DNA of 64,000 nt, taken from the IMG/VR virus record IMGVR_UViG_3300028591_005933, positions 1,471 through 65,470 of that record. The stretch is one strand, 5' to 3'. The translations under genes were made by a program, and so were the position numbers. This DNA is from a virus (Duplodnaviria > Caudoviricetes). Below, in pieces: positions 62,084-64,000 of this stretch. Numbering within the stretch: position 1 is the first letter of the stretch; each line of letters begins with the position of its first letter. Under the pieces are notes generated by a model. That model saw only the letters and a program-made list of their open reading frames with translations. It did no database searches and had not been told where the DNA came from.

Positions 62084-64000
62084 TTAAAAATCTATTCTAA
62101 CTACACATTCTACCATGTGCTTATTGTTACAATACTTATCTATAATTTTACCAATACATTTTCCATTTGGTATTGTAGAGCCATGCCCATATTTTATTTT
62201 TGATAGATATATTTTATCACCAAATTTTGGAATACAGTTACCATCCATTAAAACAGGAACTTTACCAACAAGAGCAACAGGCAAATCTAATTCGTGTTCT
62301 TTTATGCCTAATTGATATCCTGGGTTTTTAGAAATTACACCATTACATTCCTCTGTAGCAATTGTAATTTGATTTGTTCCTTTACCGAATGTAATTAATG
62401 TACCTGGTTCATAAAATTTATCTGCTCTATAAAACTCAGCCAAGTCGGCATACCAAGCTCTAAAAGCAGTACCGTAAAAAGATACTCCAGCATTTATGGC
62501 ATCATCTAACCAAGGTGTATTACTATGGCTACTGTTTGGTATATTTACGCCACTTCCTAAAATAATGTTATTAAATTTAGTAAACGAATCTATTCTAACT
62601 GGGTTTTCAATTTTAGAGCCTTCTTGACGAGCATTTGCAGGCTTTGTTTTTTGAAAATAATTAGCTTGTAATTCTTTTGGAGTAACTGCTGTTTGAAAAG
62701 CAGCATTTGAATTAGTTAGACATTCTTTTACTTCAGAATTATCGGCATATCTTGTTGTACCGTATGTTTTATAACTTGCTTCATTTCTTAAATCTAATGC
62801 TAATCTAATAGAATTAGGACCAGTACACCAACCTATAAATGAGTCATTCTTTTCTAATACAGGTTGACCTGCATATTCACCTTTACCACAATATACTGGT
62901 TTTTTCCAATATTCTGGACCAAAATTCCATTGTATATTATCTTGTTTTGTACAATGTACATAAAATGTTGCACCTCTACCGTTATGAGCAGTTAAAGTTT
63001 CAGCATAATTAGCTTCTCTTGCAATCTCATCATCGCCAAAACTATCTGAAGCATTTGGTATTTCAATATTACCGTTTGTTGGTCCAATTAATACAAAACT
63101 TGTAATACCACCTAATGAATTAATATTGCTAACTTGAATTTTAAATGTTAAATTTAAATCAGGAATACTATTATCGATTACAGGAATATTTAAATATTCA
63201 CCGATAGCGTATCCAGAACCTGTACTTGCAATAAGTATTTTATAATTGTACAGAGCAAAATTATTTTGAACTTCACCTGAAAATACAATAGAATTACCAA
63301 CTCTAATACCTACTGGCATTTTTGGGTTATCTTCGTTTTTATTTTGATCTTCTTCGGTCATACCTTCTGCTAATTTATAACAGTTTTCTGTAAAGTCCCA
63401 ATAAACAAATGCGTAGTTTGGAATTTCAGAAGTACCATCGAATAATTTAATATTTACTGTATCTATTATACCTATGGTTCTGCCATTAGCATCAACGGCT
63501 ATATTATTACCATCATCTCTACCGATTACTTTGCCTTTATAAATAATATTGCCATTTTCATCTGTAGTTGCATCAGTGTCACTAAAATCGCGTATTGCTC
63601 CTGTTTCATCTCTATAGCCAATAATTTGACCATTTAAATTTCTAACTAATTTATAATTAGAAGGTCTTGTTTTACCAATAATTTGACCATTAAAATCTAA
63701 AACATTACCATTACTATCAACTGTACCGATTTGAGTACCTTCAAAATTGTAGGCTTTATTATTTAATATATAACCTTTAATACCTGTACTTAAAGTAGTA
63801 TCAAAATCTGCAGTTGTAACGGCTGCTTTGTTATCAGTTGGATGGAAAAATACCCAATCAGTTATAGTTTCTCCATTAATATCATTAGTTATTCTAGGTA
63901 CAGCAATTGCAGGAACGCCAGTGCCATTATAATTATCAATAAGATACATATTATAAGTATGTTCTATTGATTCACTAGGATAATATAAATAAGATTCATT
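62084..64000 (-). CDS. Tail fibre/spike with C-terminal Peptidase_G2-like autocleaving chaperone domain (5'-partial)
   Basis: WYADLAEFYRADKFYEPGT...GVISKNPGY...PVALVGKVPV..KFGDKIYLS. The 17 codons between 63950 and 64000 are also open in frame, so the gene probably starts beyond the window. Confidence 0.7.
   Translation of the reverse strand, partial: NESYLYYPSESIEHTYNMYLIDNYNGTGVPAIAVPRITNDINGETITDWVFFHPTDNKAAVTTADFDTTLSTGIKGYILNNKAYNFEGTQIGTVDSNGNVLDFNGQIIGKTRPSNYKLVRNLNGQIIGYRDETGAIRDFSDTDATTDENGNIIYKGKVIGRDDGNNIAVDANGRTIGIIDTVNIKLFDGTSEIPNYAFVYWDFTENCYKLAEGMTEEDQNKNEDNPKMPVGIRVGNSIVFSGEVQNNFALYNYKILIASTGSGYAIGEYLNIPVIDNSIPDLNLTFKIQVSNINSLGGITSFVLIGPTNGNIEIPNASDSFGDDEIAREANYAETLTAHNGRGATFYVHCTKQDNIQWNFGPEYWKKPVYCGKGEYAGQPVLEKNDSFIGWCTGPNSIRLALDLRNEASYKTYGTTRYADNSEVKECLTNSNAAFQTAVTPKELQANYFQKTKPANARQEGSKIENPVRIDSFTKFNNIILGSGVNIPNSSHSNTPWLDDAINAGVSFYGTAFRAWYADLAEFYRADKFYEPGTLITFGKGTNQITIATEECNGVISKNPGYQLGIKEHELDLPVALVGKVPVLMDGNCIPKFGDKIYLSKIKYGHGSTIPNGKCIGKIIDKYCNNKHMVECVVRIDF

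Noticed and set aside
63961-63966. GTTCTA copy near the right edge
   Set aside because: It lies inside the open minus-strand frame of the partial tail gene and on the opposite strand; likely chance.
1-64000. Stop-codon reassignment (TAG or TGA recoding as in Lak or some crAss-like phages)
   Set aside because: Standard-code ORFs tile the window densely. TAG ends recognisably complete genes (gp47-like, groES, NTase fusion), with further stops soon after where I checked (groES, NTase fusion).
1-64000. CRISPR array, tRNA or rRNA genes
   Set aside because: Intergenic gaps are short and AT-rich; no regularly spaced repeats or cloverleaf-like GC-rich segments were seen.

Overview
A 64-kb, very AT-rich segment of a large tailed phage genome with T4-like head genes, read in the standard genetic code. 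The host is probably an anaerobic, gut-type bacterium (inference from oxygen-sensitive radical SAM enzymes and BspA-type LRR proteins). Layout: tail/adhesin genes including four tandem BspA-like LRR proteins (1-12172, minus); a replication/recombination block (DHFR, sigma-like protein, UvsY-like, HNH, gp32-like SSB, gp47/gp46 nuclease; 12894-20248, minus); large acidic probable internal virion proteins; a ClpP/phosphoesterase/glutaredoxin/GroES/GroEL operon; a head module (portal, giant nucleotidyltransferase-fusion protein, prohead protease, scaffold, but no recognisable major capsid gene); a muramidase endolysin; a tandem-AAA ATPase; and Mtd_N and Peptidase_G2 tail fibres. The best candidate for a new system is the operon at 50282-56158. 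It encodes four paralogous radical SAM enzymes, a PLP-fold protein lacking the Schiff-base lysine, and a virion-like protein ending in SSSSSSCSSCCSSSSSSSMFIAYMKI. A fifth paralogue is co-transcribed with a tail-fibre chaperone. Both units sit behind a GTTCTA motif that also precedes most structural operons, which suggests RiPP-like post-translational modification of a phage protein. The same motif precedes a candidate ~70-nt two-hairpin small RNA with an anti-Shine-Dalgarno loop (12805-12873, minus). No tRNA, rRNA, CRISPR array, reverse transcriptase or transposase was seen. All family assignments come from motif recognition by eye, not database searches.
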